DNA of 59,995 bases, filler included. It is 9 parts of 9 records of this genome, joined end to end, with 100 filler letters (N's around TTAATTAATTAA, not from the genome) between each part and the next. Parts side by side here need not be neighbours in the genome. Positions count along the whole stretch, not along the records: positions 38,331 to 44,846 come from SRR31147125_45812; positions 44,947 to 52,361 come from SRR31147125_45825; 7 more parts are not named here. One strand, given 5' to 3'. The stretch's first letter is position 1. Each line of letters starts with the position of its first letter. Positions 40,885 through 52,461 of the stretch are shown one piece after another. The notes beneath the pieces were generated by a model. That model worked only from the letters and a program-made list of their open reading frames with translations. It had not been told where the DNA came from and did not search any database. The translations under genes were made by a program, and so were the position numbers.

Positions 40885-41895
40885 TCAGGCGGGTATACGG
40901 TAAAGCACCGCGCCCCAGGTTACGCCGGCGCCAAGCCCCAAAAACATGACCGTATTGCCGGGGCCGATCACCCCTTTTTCGAGAGCCTCGTCGTATGCCA
41001 GGGGAATACTTGCGGCGGTGGTGTTCCCGTAACGCTGGATATTGTGGTAGACTTTCTCTTCCGGCAGTTCCAAAAACTGGGCGAACGCCTGATTGATCCT
41101 CATATTGGCTTGATGCGGGATGAACAGATCCACCTCCGACAGGGGCAGCCCCGCTTTCTTCAACACTTCTCCGGCCACTTCAGGCAGGCGCCGCACCGCA
41201 TGTTTGAAAATGTTGCGCCCATCCATGACCGGATACTGTTTGCCTTGCTGAACCATCTCTACGCTGATGCGCGGATTGTCGCGGGACGCGGGCGCATATG
41301 CCATCAAGCTCTCCGCCAGGGATCCGTCGGCATGCAAACTGGCCGCAAGAACTCCGTCTTTGGTATCCGCTTCAACAGATTCCAGGCATACGGCTGCTGC
41401 ACCGTCGCCGAATATTACCGCCACGTCCCGGCCTTTAGTAGAAATATCCAGTCCGGTACTGTGAACTTCAGAGCCGACGAGGAGCACCCGTTTGGCCATA
41501 CCGCTGCGGATATAGGCATCGGCCGTGGCAATTCCGTAAAGGAACCCGGTACACTGCTGCCGGATATCCAGCGCCGGTGTAACTGTAAGCCCGAGTTTGT
41601 GAGCCAGCAGGCACCCGGACCCCGGAAAGAAAAGGTCGGGACTCAACGTGGCAAAAATAATCAGATCGAGGTCTTCAGGTTTCCAGCCGGCCCTCCCCAT
41701 GGCTATTTTGGACGCTTCCAACCCGAGATCGGAAGCACCGACACCGCCCTCCTCCGGAACCCAATATCGCTGTTCAATACCGGTACGCTGAACAATCCAT
41801 TCATCCGTGGTTTCCATCCATTGGGTCATATCCTGGTTGGTGACGCATCGGGGGGGGACATATCGTCCGGTTCCCTTGATAACCGTAATTTCCAT
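40885..41895 (-). CDS. fabH: 3-oxoacyl-ACP synthase III family
   Basis: Motifs WIVQRTGI, QQCTGF (Cys), FGDGA, PHQAN (His) and YGNTTAAS (Asn). Confidence 0.93.
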   Translation of the reverse strand: MEITVIKGTGRYVPPRCVTNQDMTQWMETTDEWIVQRTGIEQRYWVPEEGGVGASDLGLEASKIAMGRAGWKPEDLDLIIFATLSPDLFFPGSGCLLAHKLGLTVTPALDIRQQCTGFLYGIATADAYIRSGMAKRVLLVGSEVHSTGLDISTKGRDVAVIFGDGAAAVCLESVEADTKDGVLAASLHADGSLAESLMAYAPASRDNPRISVEMVQQGKQYPVMDGRNIFKHAVRRLPEVAGEVLKKAGLPLSEVDLFIPHQANMRINQAFAQFLELPEEKVYHNIQRYGNTTAASIPLAYDEALEKGVIGPGNTVMFLGLGAGVTWGAVLYRIPA

Positions 41896-42377
41896 AGAGC
41901 TTTAATCCTTTATTCGTTAAAAATCAGTTGTCATCAAGCGTTTCGATCGTTGAATTTGGTGCCGAAATATATAGGTAATTATAAAACAAGCAACAATTTT
42001 CATACTCTTACGAAACAGTTTTCAAAGGTGTTCCTCATATATAGTGTTATGCCAAAAAGTACAATTGCAGATTAATGCTCTTCAGTAAAAAATTGATATT
42101 CACTACGAGTCATCCCGGGTGAATGGACACGATCCGAGCCGACCAACCTTGAAATGCCGTGGTTCGTGCGAATTGTCCTTGTCTTTGACAATCGGCTGGT
42201 AATAATAGGTTATTATGCGTCAGCGACGCTTCTGACCTGCTATAAAGCTGGATACCGTAAGCGGCGCCTATGGGCGTAACCCGTTACCGAAGCCTGGGCC
42301 GGCAGCGGTCCTCAGTTTAGTTCCAACCTGTTCCGAAAAGTCTCCAACAGTTCGATTTTATATTAAATTAATGATGG

Positions 42378-44846
42378 ATGGCATCTATGGTAACTTGCCC
42401 GGATTGTCGAACTGAGAACCCTGACGACAACAAATTTTGCCGTGGCTGCGGCGGTGCGCTGCTGCGGGCGTGCCCACAGTGCGATGCCGATGTGCACCTC
42501 GGCGACAGCTTCTGCGGCAAATGCGGCGCGAAGCTGAACGATGCCCAGGCGTTATCATCTGTTCAACCGCCCGAATCTCAATCGACTATTTCGGCACCTC
42601 TACCTGAAAAAAACCGTGCCGAAATCGGATCGTTATCCGAGCGCAAATATGTCTCGGTTCTTTTCTCCGACCTCACCGGTTACACGGCGATGTCCGAAAC
42701 GCTGGATCCGGAGGAGGTAAGGGAGATCACGAGCCGGCTTTTTGGAAAAATATCCAAAATCGTGGCCGGCTACGACGGCTTTATCGAAAAATATGCCGGC
42801 GATGCGGTGATGGTCATATTCGGTGTGCCCCGTGCCCACGAGGACGATCCGATTCGCGCGGTCAAAGCTGCGCTGGACATCCATAAAATGGTCGATTCGA
42901 TCAGCCCCGAGATCGAAAACAAAACCGGGCAGCCGATTTCGATGCACAGCGGCATCAACAGCGGACTGGTGGTGACGGGAGAGGTGGACATGGCGAGAGG
43001 GGTGCACGGGATTGCGGGGGACACCATCAATCTGGCGGCGCGTCTGAGCGACCTGGCAAAACCGGGTGAGATCCTGATCGATGGCGATACGAGCCATCAA
43101 GTCGAGGGGCACATTGCGTGCGAGTTCATGGAATCAACCACCGTCAGGGGCAAGTCACAGCCGGTTCAGATTTACAAGGTGTTGTCTTCAAAGCATGAAC
43201 CGGTGACGGTCCGCAGGCTTTCAGGGGTCAGAGCCGGTCTGATCGGACGAAAAGTGGAAATGACGGAACTGTCGGAGGCGGTCGAGGGTGTGCAAAACGG
43301 CAGGGGGCGCATCTTTTCGATCTGCGGGCCCGCCGGCACAGGGAAAAGCCGGCTGGTCGAGGAGTTCAAGAAAGGGCTTGATCTCCGACAGATCCAATGG
43401 TTCGAAGGACACGCCTATGCATATTCGCAGAACATGCCCTATTTTCCGCTGGTCGATCTGCTGAACCGGGTGTTTGAGATCGAAGAAAAAGATTCCCCGG
43501 ACAGGGTCAAGCACAAAATCGAATCCGGTATTCAATCTGTGGTCGCCAACGCAGAACGTGTCATCCCTTATGTTGGCGGGCTATACTCCCTGAACTATCC
43601 TCAGGAGGAGAAGGAGAGCCCTGAGTTATGGAAATCACGACTTCAGTCGGCCACCCTGGAGATCCTGAGCGGCATCGCAAAGAGAGCGCCAACAGTCTTC
43701 TTTCTGGAAGATCTGCACTGGGCGGATCCATCCTTCGTGGAACTGCTCCGGCTGGCGTGTACGCGTATTCGGCAACCGTCGGTGGTGCTGTGTGCTTTTC
43801 GTCCCACCTTCAGTCTTTTCACGGGTCAGCAACTGACCACCATCGGCAGGTACTACCGTGAGATCAAGCTGCAGAATCTGTCACTTTCAGAAGCCCATGA
43901 CATGCTTGAATCGCTTTTGGACACCGAAAGCATCCCCTCCGCTCTGAAGCGCTGGGTCCAGGGCAAGGCGGAGGGAAATCCCTTCTACCTGGAAGAGTTG
44001 ATCAATGCGTTGATCGAATCCGAAACACTGAAGCGCAATAATGGCAGCTGGCAATTGACGCGACCCATCACGGAGTTGGATATTCCCGGATCGCTGCACG
44101 GCCTTATTGCGGACAGGATCGACCGTTTGGAGTATCAGACCAAACGCATCCTGCAGGAAGCATCGGTAATCGGGCGTGACTTTCTATACGCCATTCTAAT
44201 GCAGATCACGGAGCTTGAGAGCGGGGTCGAAAACGATCTGAGCCATCTGGTGCGAATTGATTTGATCAGGACGCGTTCTTTGCACCCGGACATCGAGTAC
44301 ATGTTCAAACACGCGGTCACCCAGGAGATCGTATACAACGGCCTTCTTAAAAAAGAGCGCCGGCAAATCCACGAAAAAATCGGGCTGGTGATGGAACACC
44401 TGTTTGATGACAGGTTGGCGGAATTTTACGAAACCCTGGCTTTTCATTTTTCACTCGGCCAATCGGTGACCAAGGCGGTCACTTACCTTGTAAAGTCAGG
44501 TGAAAAAAGTCTGGCAAGATATGCAGTGAAGGAAGCTCACCAGCATTTTGAAAAGGCCTACGCGCTGCTGACCACCCGAACGAATTTATCAGAGAAGGAA
44601 AGCATTATCCTTATCGACCTTCTCAACAGCTGGGGCTATGCTTTCTACTTCCTCGGAGAGATCCGTCAATGGATCGATCTTTATAAAGCGCATGCGTCCC
44701 TGGCGGATTCGATCGAAGACAAAGCTCGGGCCGGCATGTTCTACGCCTGGATGGGCATCGCCTATCATATGGCCGGGAGATCGAAAGCATCCTATCACTA
44801 TCTGTGCAAGGGGAAAGAGCTTGGGGAAATCTCGAGCAGTCAAAAA
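42378..44846 (+). CDS. Class III adenylate/guanylate cyclase with double zinc ribbon, AAA ATPase and TPR-like region (3'-truncated)
   Basis: CxxC zinc ribbons, FSDLTGYT, KYAGDA, GDTINLAARL, Walker A GPAGTGKS and LEDLHWAD. Confidence 0.92.
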
Positions 44847-44946
44847 NNNNNNNNNNNNNNNNNNNNNNNNNNNNNNNNNNNNNNNNNNNNTTAATTAATT
44901 AANNNNNNNNNNNNNNNNNNNNNNNNNNNNNNNNNNNNNNNNNNNN

Positions 44947-45925
44947 TTTTCAGAACGGGTCGTGATTTGACTTTTTTCATACCAGCAGGGATTTTTGCTG
45001 CCTGGAGTTTTTTAACTGATGGATTTCGAAACGACAGACTTAGATCAAAAGTATGAGATAATTGATCGGTCAGCTTGTTTTTAGACAGTGCATAATTGAG
45101 ATTTAAATCCAAATCGTTGACACGAAAATTAAATCCGGATCCCACAGATAATCTTTCATCCTGGTAGCCTATTCTAAAATGAACCGGTTCTGCGAGTCTG
45201 ACCTCTGTTCCAACAGACAATTGATTTGACTGAAGATTGTTAAATTCCTGGCCCAGAGATACTAAAAAGGCATTATTGATCTGATAGGAAACTGCCAATC
45301 GTTGGATTTGATTGTATTGATCCGTATGATCTGTTGCCCACTTTAGCTGAGAGCCGATATCGTAAAAAACATAGCCTATTTTTATCTGAGGGCGAATTGA
45401 ATATATCAAACCCAGATCTACTCCAAAACCTTTTGCATTAATATCATTCAGACCCTGGTGTAAATATTTAAGATTAATACCCAGGCTTAGCCCAGACATG
45501 ATATATTGTGAAATTGAAAGCCAGAAAGCTTCATCAATATTTTTAAAAGTATAATCCGGCATCATGGTATTGCTGCTTCTGGCCTGGATATTGTCAATTA
45601 AAAATCCCTGCCAGCTCAGTCCAATTTTGGTGCTCTGGCTTAGAGGAAGAACGAACGATAAAAAATTCATTTGCCGATCAAGTGGCATCGTGTAATGCAT
45701 TACACCCAGAGACATGCCCTCGAGTGAAGTCATTCCAGCCGGATTCCAAAGTGTCGTTGAATAATCGTTAGCGATTGCTGCATAACTGGCATTTAAAACG
45801 CTGGCCCGGGCTCCGGCACCATACTCGAGTAAACTGTTACTTTTATTTTCTATTTGTGCATTGATTTTAGCTGTAAATATCAATGCCGTTATAAAAAGAA
45901 TATGAATTACGGATTTTCTGAACAT
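44947..45925 (-). CDS. PorV-like outer-membrane barrel with C-terminal extension (3'-truncated)
   Basis: Signal peptide, GAGARAS...WNPAG and GFGVDLG. Confidence 0.75.
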
Positions 45926-45968
45926 TGAGAAACTCCAGACAAATATAAACTCAACACGACTACACACG

Positions 45969-46577
45969 TTAACGAACGATGGCGATTTTTATAACCTCTT
46001 CTTTCGGGCCCAATCTTAGCACGGCATAATAGACACCATTAGGGACCAGGCAGCCATTATTCGATTTACCATCCCATATATCCTCTGTATGTTCTCCACT
46101 TATTTTTGGGATATCGTCGATAAGGTTTCTGATTAAATTTTCGTTTGTATCGTAAATGGTGATTGATACATTTTCTGTGTTTGTTAGATAATATCTAATA
46201 TTGGTATTTTCAGATAATGGATTGAAAGGATTGGGGAAATTATAAGTAGCCTTATTTTCCACATTAGGCTCGATACTTTCGTTATCATCAATGAAAATGG
46301 AAACTTGATCTGAAAAATCGCTTTCATTAAAATTTAAATCATAGGCAGTGACAGCCATATAATATTGAAACCCGGGAAGCAGGTTGTCAATTGTAAAACT
46401 TGTGTCACGGCCTACATCTTTTACGTTTTCATAGTTGCCGGACTGCTTGCCCCAATAGACTTTATAACCGGCAAGATCTGTTTCTTTGTTGGCATTCCAG
46501 GAAATGCTAATCTGTTGTTGAAAAAATCCAACAAACATCAAACAGAAGGCAAAATTTTTAAATGTATTTATTTTCAT
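45969..46577 (-). CDS. Secreted FN3 + FlgD-Ig/T9SS-type CTD protein
   Basis: W.AN.E.DLAGYKVY...AVTAYD..NES (FN3) and NFPNPFNP...WDG....VPNGVY. Confidence 0.8.
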   Translation of the reverse strand: MKINTFKNFAFCLMFVGFFQQQISISWNANKETDLAGYKVYWGKQSGNYENVKDVGRDTSFTIDNLLPGFQYYMAVTAYDLNFNESDFSDQVSIFIDDNESIEPNVENKATYNFPNPFNPLSENTNIRYYLTNTENVSITIYDTNENLIRNLIDDIPKISGEHTEDIWDGKSNNGCLVPNGVYYAVLRLGPKEEVIKIAIVR

Positions 46578-47142
46578 GGGTCCATTCGGTATTGAAAAAA
46601 ATGCTGTACAGACGTCTTAATTGTGTTTTTGCACAATAGACGACTAACTTTTTATTATACAGATATATAAAATCTGGCTTGGTCGCCAAAATGGCCTTTT
46701 TGAATTCTTATTACGTTTTCGTGCAAACACAGTGCCACATTTTTGACTATTATCTGTTTTAAGTGTTGCTGAGCCTCATATGGCTGCAGTTTACGTCTTT
46801 TTTGTTTTGTCTGAATTAGAGTGACTAAAACAAATAAATTCAATGGAATGAGAGTGTGACTTTTAAAAAAGTTTACAGGTTTAAAGTGTTTTGCGTTATT
46901 AGAAAAAATCCAATAAATTGGCTGTTTAGCCAGAGCTGTATTTAATTGAAACAGGTTGTGATAGTTGCAATTTTGTAATTACTAACAGGTTTTCATAGAT
47001 GACGGACCAGCATATTCTCTATAAAAAACATTTGAAAAACCCGGACCATGGAATATTTAAAAAAGCGTATTTATTTTAAAAAGAAAATGACATTCGTTTA
47101 ATAAATGCCCTTTTATGAAGGCGAGAAAAGATGTAAAAGAAT

Positions 47143-47559
47143 ATGGAAATATGGATGCAGAAAATGAGCATGGCCAACCTGTGCAGAGAGCAAATGATTG
47201 GTGTTGATCCATTTATGATAAATGAATATCCTAATCCACCAGTACTGATGGTAGAATACATTTGCAAAAATTTTGATCGCCTGGAAAAACGGATATTGCC
47301 ATTAACATCACCCTGGATATCGTTTGCGCTAGCCGGTGTAACGGGACAGGGAGGAAGGGCGTGGTTGTGCTCACCCCACGAGTACAATTGGAAAACAAAT
47401 GTACAGTACGTTTTTGTAACTCAACTACCTTTTTGGTATGGTTGTATTTCTAGAAATCAAATAGCTATATCGGTTGAAGCGATCTCCGTTAACAGCTCGA
47501 TGATAGAAGTTGATTGGGCCGCAAACCCCAGATGCTTGTTTGAATTTTTCGAGTGCTAA
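47143..47559 (+). CDS. Hypothetical protein
   Basis: 138-codon ORF in AT-rich DNA with no recognisable motif. Confidence 0.3.
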   Translation: MEIWMQKMSMANLCREQMIGVDPFMINEYPNPPVLMVEYICKNFDRLEKRILPLTSPWISFALAGVTGQGGRAWLCSPHEYNWKTNVQYVFVTQLPFWYGCISRNQIAISVEAISVNSSMIEVDWAANPRCLFEFFEC

Positions 47560-47613
47560 AGGTTTAATTTTTGCGAAAAAGCATATAAATAGATTGTGAA
47601 ATATTTGGTAAAG

Positions 47614-47699
47614 TGTTCAAATTTTAGAACAGTGCGCTAAGTGATTTAAAATTAAACATATAGATTGTTTCCCCCTGTTTTTGTTTAAATTAAATGACA
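47614..47699. promoter_or_regulatory. Candidate enhancer (UAS) sites for a sigma54 activator
   Basis: TGTTCAAATTTTAGAACA (47614-47631) and TGTTTAAATTAAATGACA (47682-47699), both TGT-N12-ACA, 110-190 bp upstream of a -24/-12 site. Confidence 0.5.
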
Positions 47700-47805
47700 C
47701 ATGTAGCTTTTCGTGCCCATGCAGCGGTATTTATAAAGGCAATTTAAGAATAATAATAATATAGGTATAGCTCAGGTGTTAATAAAGCCAGACAGAGCGA
47801 TATTT

Positions 47806-47820
47806 TGGTATGTGATTTGC
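47806..47820 (+). promoter_or_regulatory. Sigma54 -24/-12 promoter
   Basis: TGGTAT-GTGAT-TTGC. Confidence 0.65.
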
Positions 47821-48054
47821 AAGAAATACCTTAAGATAAGGGTTTGAATACAGTTATCCTCCCCCAGCCGGGTTCAATGGTTAGAACTCTCTTCAATGCA
47901 GAATCTTGTAGTACATCGTCTACAGTCATCGAAAAACATATTGCGGCGAATTGTGGTATATAAAAATGATCTTTCTTTTTACTGATAGTATGAGTTATTT
48001 TGGTACTATTTCTGAGTACCATTCTATCTCATAAATAATGGAGACGTAATAGCA

Positions 48055-49323
48055 GTGGATAAGGTTTTCGCCATTTGTGATGCAATAGAAGAGTATAAGA
48101 ATATTTGCAAGCTAGTCCGTTCAACAGAGAAGAGTAAGTTTATTAAAGAGGGAAGTATAGATAGTGCTCTGAAACATCTGGAGAACGACAAAAAGACAGG
48201 TATTCTTATTGTTACCAGTCAACAATTGAGCCAGTATATAAAATCTTGTCGGGATGCGATTAAAAACGAACTATACCGCCTTGAGGAATATGAAGAAAAA
48301 TATCAAAGCCTCATCGAATTATCGAATGAATACCCTGATATTATCGGACGTTCAGTTGCTACAAGGAATGTGTGTAAACAAATAGGGATTGTTTCAAAAT
48401 CGGATTCGAACGTATTAATCCAGGGTGAAAGTGGAACCGGGAAGGAAGTCGTTGCCAGAACTATACATAATAATAGTTTACACTCCAAAGCCCCATTCGT
48501 AAGCATCAATTGTGCGGCTATACCAGAGGGACTACTGGAAAGCGAGTTGTTTGGATACGTCAAAGGAGCGTTCACAGGAGCTGTACGGGATTATCAGGGT
48601 CGGTTAAAACAGGCTCAGAATGGGACTTTTTTGTTTGATGAAATATGCTCCATGTCCCTGTCAGGTCAGGCCAAGCTGTTACGTGTGCTTCAGGAGCGTG
48701 AATTTCAACCCGTAGGTGGCACGAACACAATACGTTTTGAAGCCCGTATCATTGCAACAAGTAATGTGAATTTACTTGATAAAGTGAAAGAAAAAAGTTT
48801 TCGTGAGGATCTTTATTATCGTCTTAATGTTTTTCCCATATCATTGCCACCTTTAAGGGAGCGAAAGGAGGATATTCCCCCGCTAGCACGTCATTTTTTA
48901 AGAAAGTATAAAACGATTCTTAAAAAGGAAATCAATGATATAGATCCCAGTGTTTTGGCCATCTTACTTGAACATGATTGGCCTGGTAATATTCGCGAGT
49001 TGGAAAATTATATGGAATATGCTGTTATTGTCGAAAAAACAGAATGCCTTCGGCCAAACAGTTTACCATTTCGTTCCGTTGACCATCCGCCGATTGCCAA
49101 CGTCACATTTTTGAATGATAAAAGTTTGAAAGAAAAGTTGGCTATTGTAGAGCGCGAAATAATTCTTGATGCTTTAGAAAAGACAAACTGGGTTAAGAAA
49201 GATGCAACAAAACTTTTGGGCATTGATCCCAAGAATATGAATTATTACCTGGCAAAAAACAATATTGCGGAACCGGAAAAATACCATAGAAAATATGATA
49301 ATCATAAAGAGATTAGAAGGTAG
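48055..49323 (+). CDS. Sigma54-dependent enhancer-binding protein (AAA+, Fis HTH)
   Basis: Motifs [35 protein letters not shown] and [10 protein letters not shown]. Confidence 0.95.
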   Translation: MDKVFAICDAIEEYKNICKLVRSTEKSKFIKEGSIDSALKHLENDKKTGILIVTSQQLSQYIKSCRDAIKNELYRLEEYEEKYQSLIELSNEYPDIIGRSVATRNVCKQIGIVSKSDSNVLIQGESGTGKEVVARTIHNNSLHSKAPFVSINCAAIPEGLLESELFGYVKGAFTGAVRDYQGRLKQAQNGTFLFDEICSMSLSGQAKLLRVLQEREFQPVGGTNTIRFEARIIATSNVNLLDKVKEKSFREDLYYRLNVFPISLPPLRERKEDIPPLARHFLRKYKTILKKEINDIDPSVLAILLEHDWPGNIRELENYMEYAVIVEKTECLRPNSLPFRSVDHPPIANVTFLNDKSLKEKLAIVEREIILDALEKTNWVKKDATKLLGIDPKNMNYYLAKNNIAEPEKYHRKYDNHKEIRR

Positions 49324-49484
49324 CTGAAGATATTATTAAACAATGATTTAGATGGTTGCCAGCTGTTTGTGATGAATAAAAATATCATAATTATTATGAA
49401 TTTCGAAAGAAAAGTAATTTTTTGATTTTCTTTAAGTGTAATAAAAACTATAAAATAAAGGAGGTGTTTTAGTCGGTCCGTAAT

Positions 49485-49499
49485 TGGCACAGGCTTTGC
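49485..49499 (+). promoter_or_regulatory. Sigma54 -24/-12 promoter
   Basis: TGGCAC-AGGCT-TTGC, the consensus sequence. Confidence 0.85.
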
Positions 49500-49559
49500 G
49501 ATAATGGGATTAATTAGTGGGTGAGCCCTTTTCGTTAATTAGACAGAGTGTTCAATTGT

Positions 49560-49904
49560 ATGAAATCTGTATTATACTACAGCGCTAATAATAGTATAAG
49601 CAAAGAGCTGGGTGATCAATTGCAAAACATCGCTTATGCATCTGGTATCGACGATTTTCATTCAGTTGATTCGCTTTCGGCTCTAATTACGACTCTTCGC
49701 AGAAAGGATGTCAGTGTATTAATTGTCAATCTGGATGATGATGATATAGCAGCATTGAAAAAGCCTCAAAAGATTCTGTTCCTTGTTGACTCCTGGGCGA
49801 GGACAGCTTTGGATGGGGATATTTTGGAAAAATTTGCTGTTATTCTCAAACCGTTTTCACAGAAATCAATAGTGGAAACGCTTTCAGTTGATATTAGTGA
49901 CTGA
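49560..49904 (+). CDS. Degenerate receiver-like protein
   Basis: About 115 aa with an alpha/beta pattern and LKPF, but no acidic pair after strand 1 and no clear phosphoacceptor. Confidence 0.5.
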   Translation: MKSVLYYSANNSISKELGDQLQNIAYASGIDDFHSVDSLSALITTLRRKDVSVLIVNLDDDDIAALKKPQKILFLVDSWARTALDGDILEKFAVILKPFSQKSIVETLSVDISD

Positions 49905-49998
49905 TGCTTTTTTACGTAGGGTTTCTTTTGGGTAGTTCACCGGGATTTTGTCCTAAAGGAGCTACATAATTTACAACTTTTTTGAAAGGAGTTAGGTT

Positions 49999-50562
49999 AT
50001 GAAAAAAATACTTCTTATGCTTCTCCTAGGCGTTCTCGTTATTGCCTTTACGACCTCTGCACTGCTAGCCGATGAAATGGCTACAAAAACCAAGAGGGTT
50101 TCCGTAAAGGTGCTTCCCAACATAGGCCTTGGTGCAGGCACCCCGGAACGCGCAGAGATTCAAACCGGACGTTTTTGGATCACAGTTCCATTTCAAGTCG
50201 ATGCGAATACTCAGTACATCACACTCTGCATCGCCGCAACCCACCTCTACAAAGCAGATGATCCTGCCAGTGAGGTACCTTTCATCTCATTGTGTACGGA
50301 CAAAACTGTTAAAGTCAATCCCTTTAACGGTAATGAGGCTGGCGGTGATAACGAACTCGAGTGGGATATCCCTGCTGCTATAGATGGATTTGACGGTTTC
50401 CAAACAGTTTGTGGCTTGTTCGAGAGCAGCCAATCAGGTCGTTTCAGCATGCCAGTTGATGTTATGGTTTGCTGGATCCAGGATGACGACGAAAAACCCA
50501 TTGGTGAATACAGCGGATGGGTACAAATGATGGCTTATGTTGAACCAGCTGGAGATCCATAA
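49999..50562 (+). CDS. Secreted beta-rich protein, candidate major fimbrial subunit
   Basis: GAAAGGAG RBS, signal peptide and a C-terminal GEYSGWV strand (G.Y.G motif of CU/CS1/Csu-type pilins). Confidence 0.6.
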   Translation: MKKILLMLLLGVLVIAFTTSALLADEMATKTKRVSVKVLPNIGLGAGTPERAEIQTGRFWITVPFQVDANTQYITLCIAATHLYKADDPASEVPFISLCTDKTVKVNPFNGNEAGGDNELEWDIPAAIDGFDGFQTVCGLFESSQSGRFSMPVDVMVCWIQDDDEKPIGEYSGWVQMMAYVEPAGDP

Positions 50563-50606
50563 TAGCTGTAACTGAAAACGGGAAAAAAGTTTACAGCATA
50601 ACCAAT

Positions 50607-50640
50607 TGGAGCCCCCTCATAACCAGGGGGCTCCATTGTT
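50607..50640 (+). terminator. Strong hairpin after the subunit gene
   Basis: TGGAGCCCCCT-CATAACC-AGGGGGCTCCA followed by TTGTT. Confidence 0.75.
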
Positions 50641-50683
50641 CTTCGAGGAAAATTTCTGCAGCTGATACTACGGGAGGTGATAA

Positions 50684-51515
50684 ATGCATCATTGGCGAAG
50701 AATACAGTTTATCCTGATATTCCTTTTTTTGTGTCCTCTTTATATTCTCAAGGTATTAGAGTTGTTCCTGCCTATCTTAGCCTGAAAATGAATGAACGAA
50801 ATCTTTCCGGAAAGTTTGTTGTCACTAATTTAAAAGAAGAAAGTCAGAGATTCCGGGTAAATACAACTCATTGGATGATGAATAACAATTACCAGCTGGT
50901 TAAAATACCGCCAGATGATAATTCCCTTGTTGAATGGATAAAATTTAATCCAAAAGAGTTTACCATTGCACCTCATGAAAGCCGAACCGTCCGGTATACA
51001 ATATTGAAACCGAAAAAGAATTGAATGGTGAATTTTGGGGTGGTGTCGAATTTGAGCCGTTGCAACAAAATGTTGTCAGATCAGAATCTGAAACAGACAA
51101 AGCCATGGCATCGATAAAGGTTCTAACCACCTTTTTGGTCCCTGTTTTTGTCGAGTTAGGGCAGATAGACAGAAAAGGAAGTCTGGAAAGTATCCAGATT
51201 TACCAGGATTCAACGAATTACATCATTGGCTGTTTGGTTAAAAATCTGGGAAATGCTGCCTTGAGATTGCGTGGTCATTATTCTATTTATGATGAGGCCA
51301 ATCAGGAAGAAAGGAATGGGACCTTTAGTCCGGTACTTGTCCTGCCGGAATGTCAAATACAGCATAAAACACTGATGGATGGAACCTTACCACCGGGAAA
51401 ATACAGGATAGAAGCCAATTTTGAAAACAAAAGCAAGACGGTCACTGTTGAGGGATCGGGAGATTTTATTATTAATTCCCATAATTATCCCCCAAATGAA
51501 GATTCATCGAATTAG
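50684..51515 (+). CDS. PapD-like periplasmic pilus chaperone (homopolymer frameshifts at the T-run near 50725 and A-run 51013-51017)
   Basis: GGGAGG RBS; V.P...F.VTN...WIKFNPKEFTIAP.ESRTVRY, GEFW, VPVFV and V.N.GN..R. Confidence 0.7.
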
Positions 51516-51530
51516 TTTTTTTATTAAATA

Positions 51531-52361
51531 ATGTATGAAAAAACACTTTATAATTTCCCCGCAACCTTTTCCAGGCATTTCATCATTGGAAAAATATTCT
51601 TCCCTCTGATGGTGTTATTGCTATTTACCGCATTTGCTAGTAGCTATTCTCAATCTATCAACCTAGATCAAATAGAAGAAATCAGAGCTACTCTTGATGG
51701 AGATATGATATATACCGACGTTGTCGCATTGGACATACAAGGAAATAGATTTCGGGATCATCTTGTCATTGAAGATTTTGGCATTATTAACGGTGAGAAA
51801 AAATATTTACCGTTTTTATACATGTTGGAAATACTCGATGTTCCTATTGATGTTACGGGTGACACCCTCTATGTGAATTTGCCTTCAACAAAAAAAAATG
51901 TTATTATTTTACAACAGAAAATTATAAAAATTGAAAATAATCCGGTTGAACCGTTGAGTTATCTGGTTGGTCGCTCAGATTTAAGTGAAAAGATAGAGTT
52001 GTTTTTAAAAGCGTCGGTTTGTAGTCGGCTGTTATCCATGTCACTGGAATGGGATGAGAATCAATATCAGTATTCGGGGCGAACAGAAGAAGCATTTCCT
52101 GTTTTTAAAAAATTTGATCTGGCAACAAATTTTGATTGGTCTAAGAGCACTATCCAGGCACATAAAAAGTTACCGGAAAAACTTTCTCCTGCCCGTCCTG
52201 GATTTTCATCAGATTATTTGACTTTTTTACAAACCACTTTGTATGGGACAGCCGCTGGCTTCGGGTTAATGGATCCAGCTACCTCTATCGGCCGCTCAAA
52301 TCCCAATATATATTATCGTACTCAGGCGCAGGTTGATTTGTGGGGGCGATTGTTTAGTGGG
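51531..52361 (+). CDS. Large exported protein, candidate usher-like component (3'-truncated)
   Basis: Signal-like hydrophobic segment and a YLP...L..L motif, positioned directly after the chaperone. Confidence 0.4.
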
Positions 52362-52461
52362 NNNNNNNNNNNNNNNNNNNNNNNNNNNNNNNNNNNNNNN
52401 NNNNNTTAATTAATTAANNNNNNNNNNNNNNNNNNNNNNNNNNNNNNNNNNNNNNNNNNNN

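Noticed and set aside
41044-42075. 343-aa plus-strand ORF
   Set aside because: Antisense shadow of fabH in GC-rich DNA, with no motifs.
42290-42300. GCCTGGGC resembling the 3' end of a ZTP riboswitch
   Set aside because: The upstream consensus elements are absent, and the downstream gene is unrelated to purine or folate metabolism.
5288-52461. Recurrent TTAATTAATTAA motif inside N-runs (8 copies)
   Set aside because: Artificial six-frame-stop linker joining unrelated contigs. It is not biological, and no cross-contig operon inference is valid.
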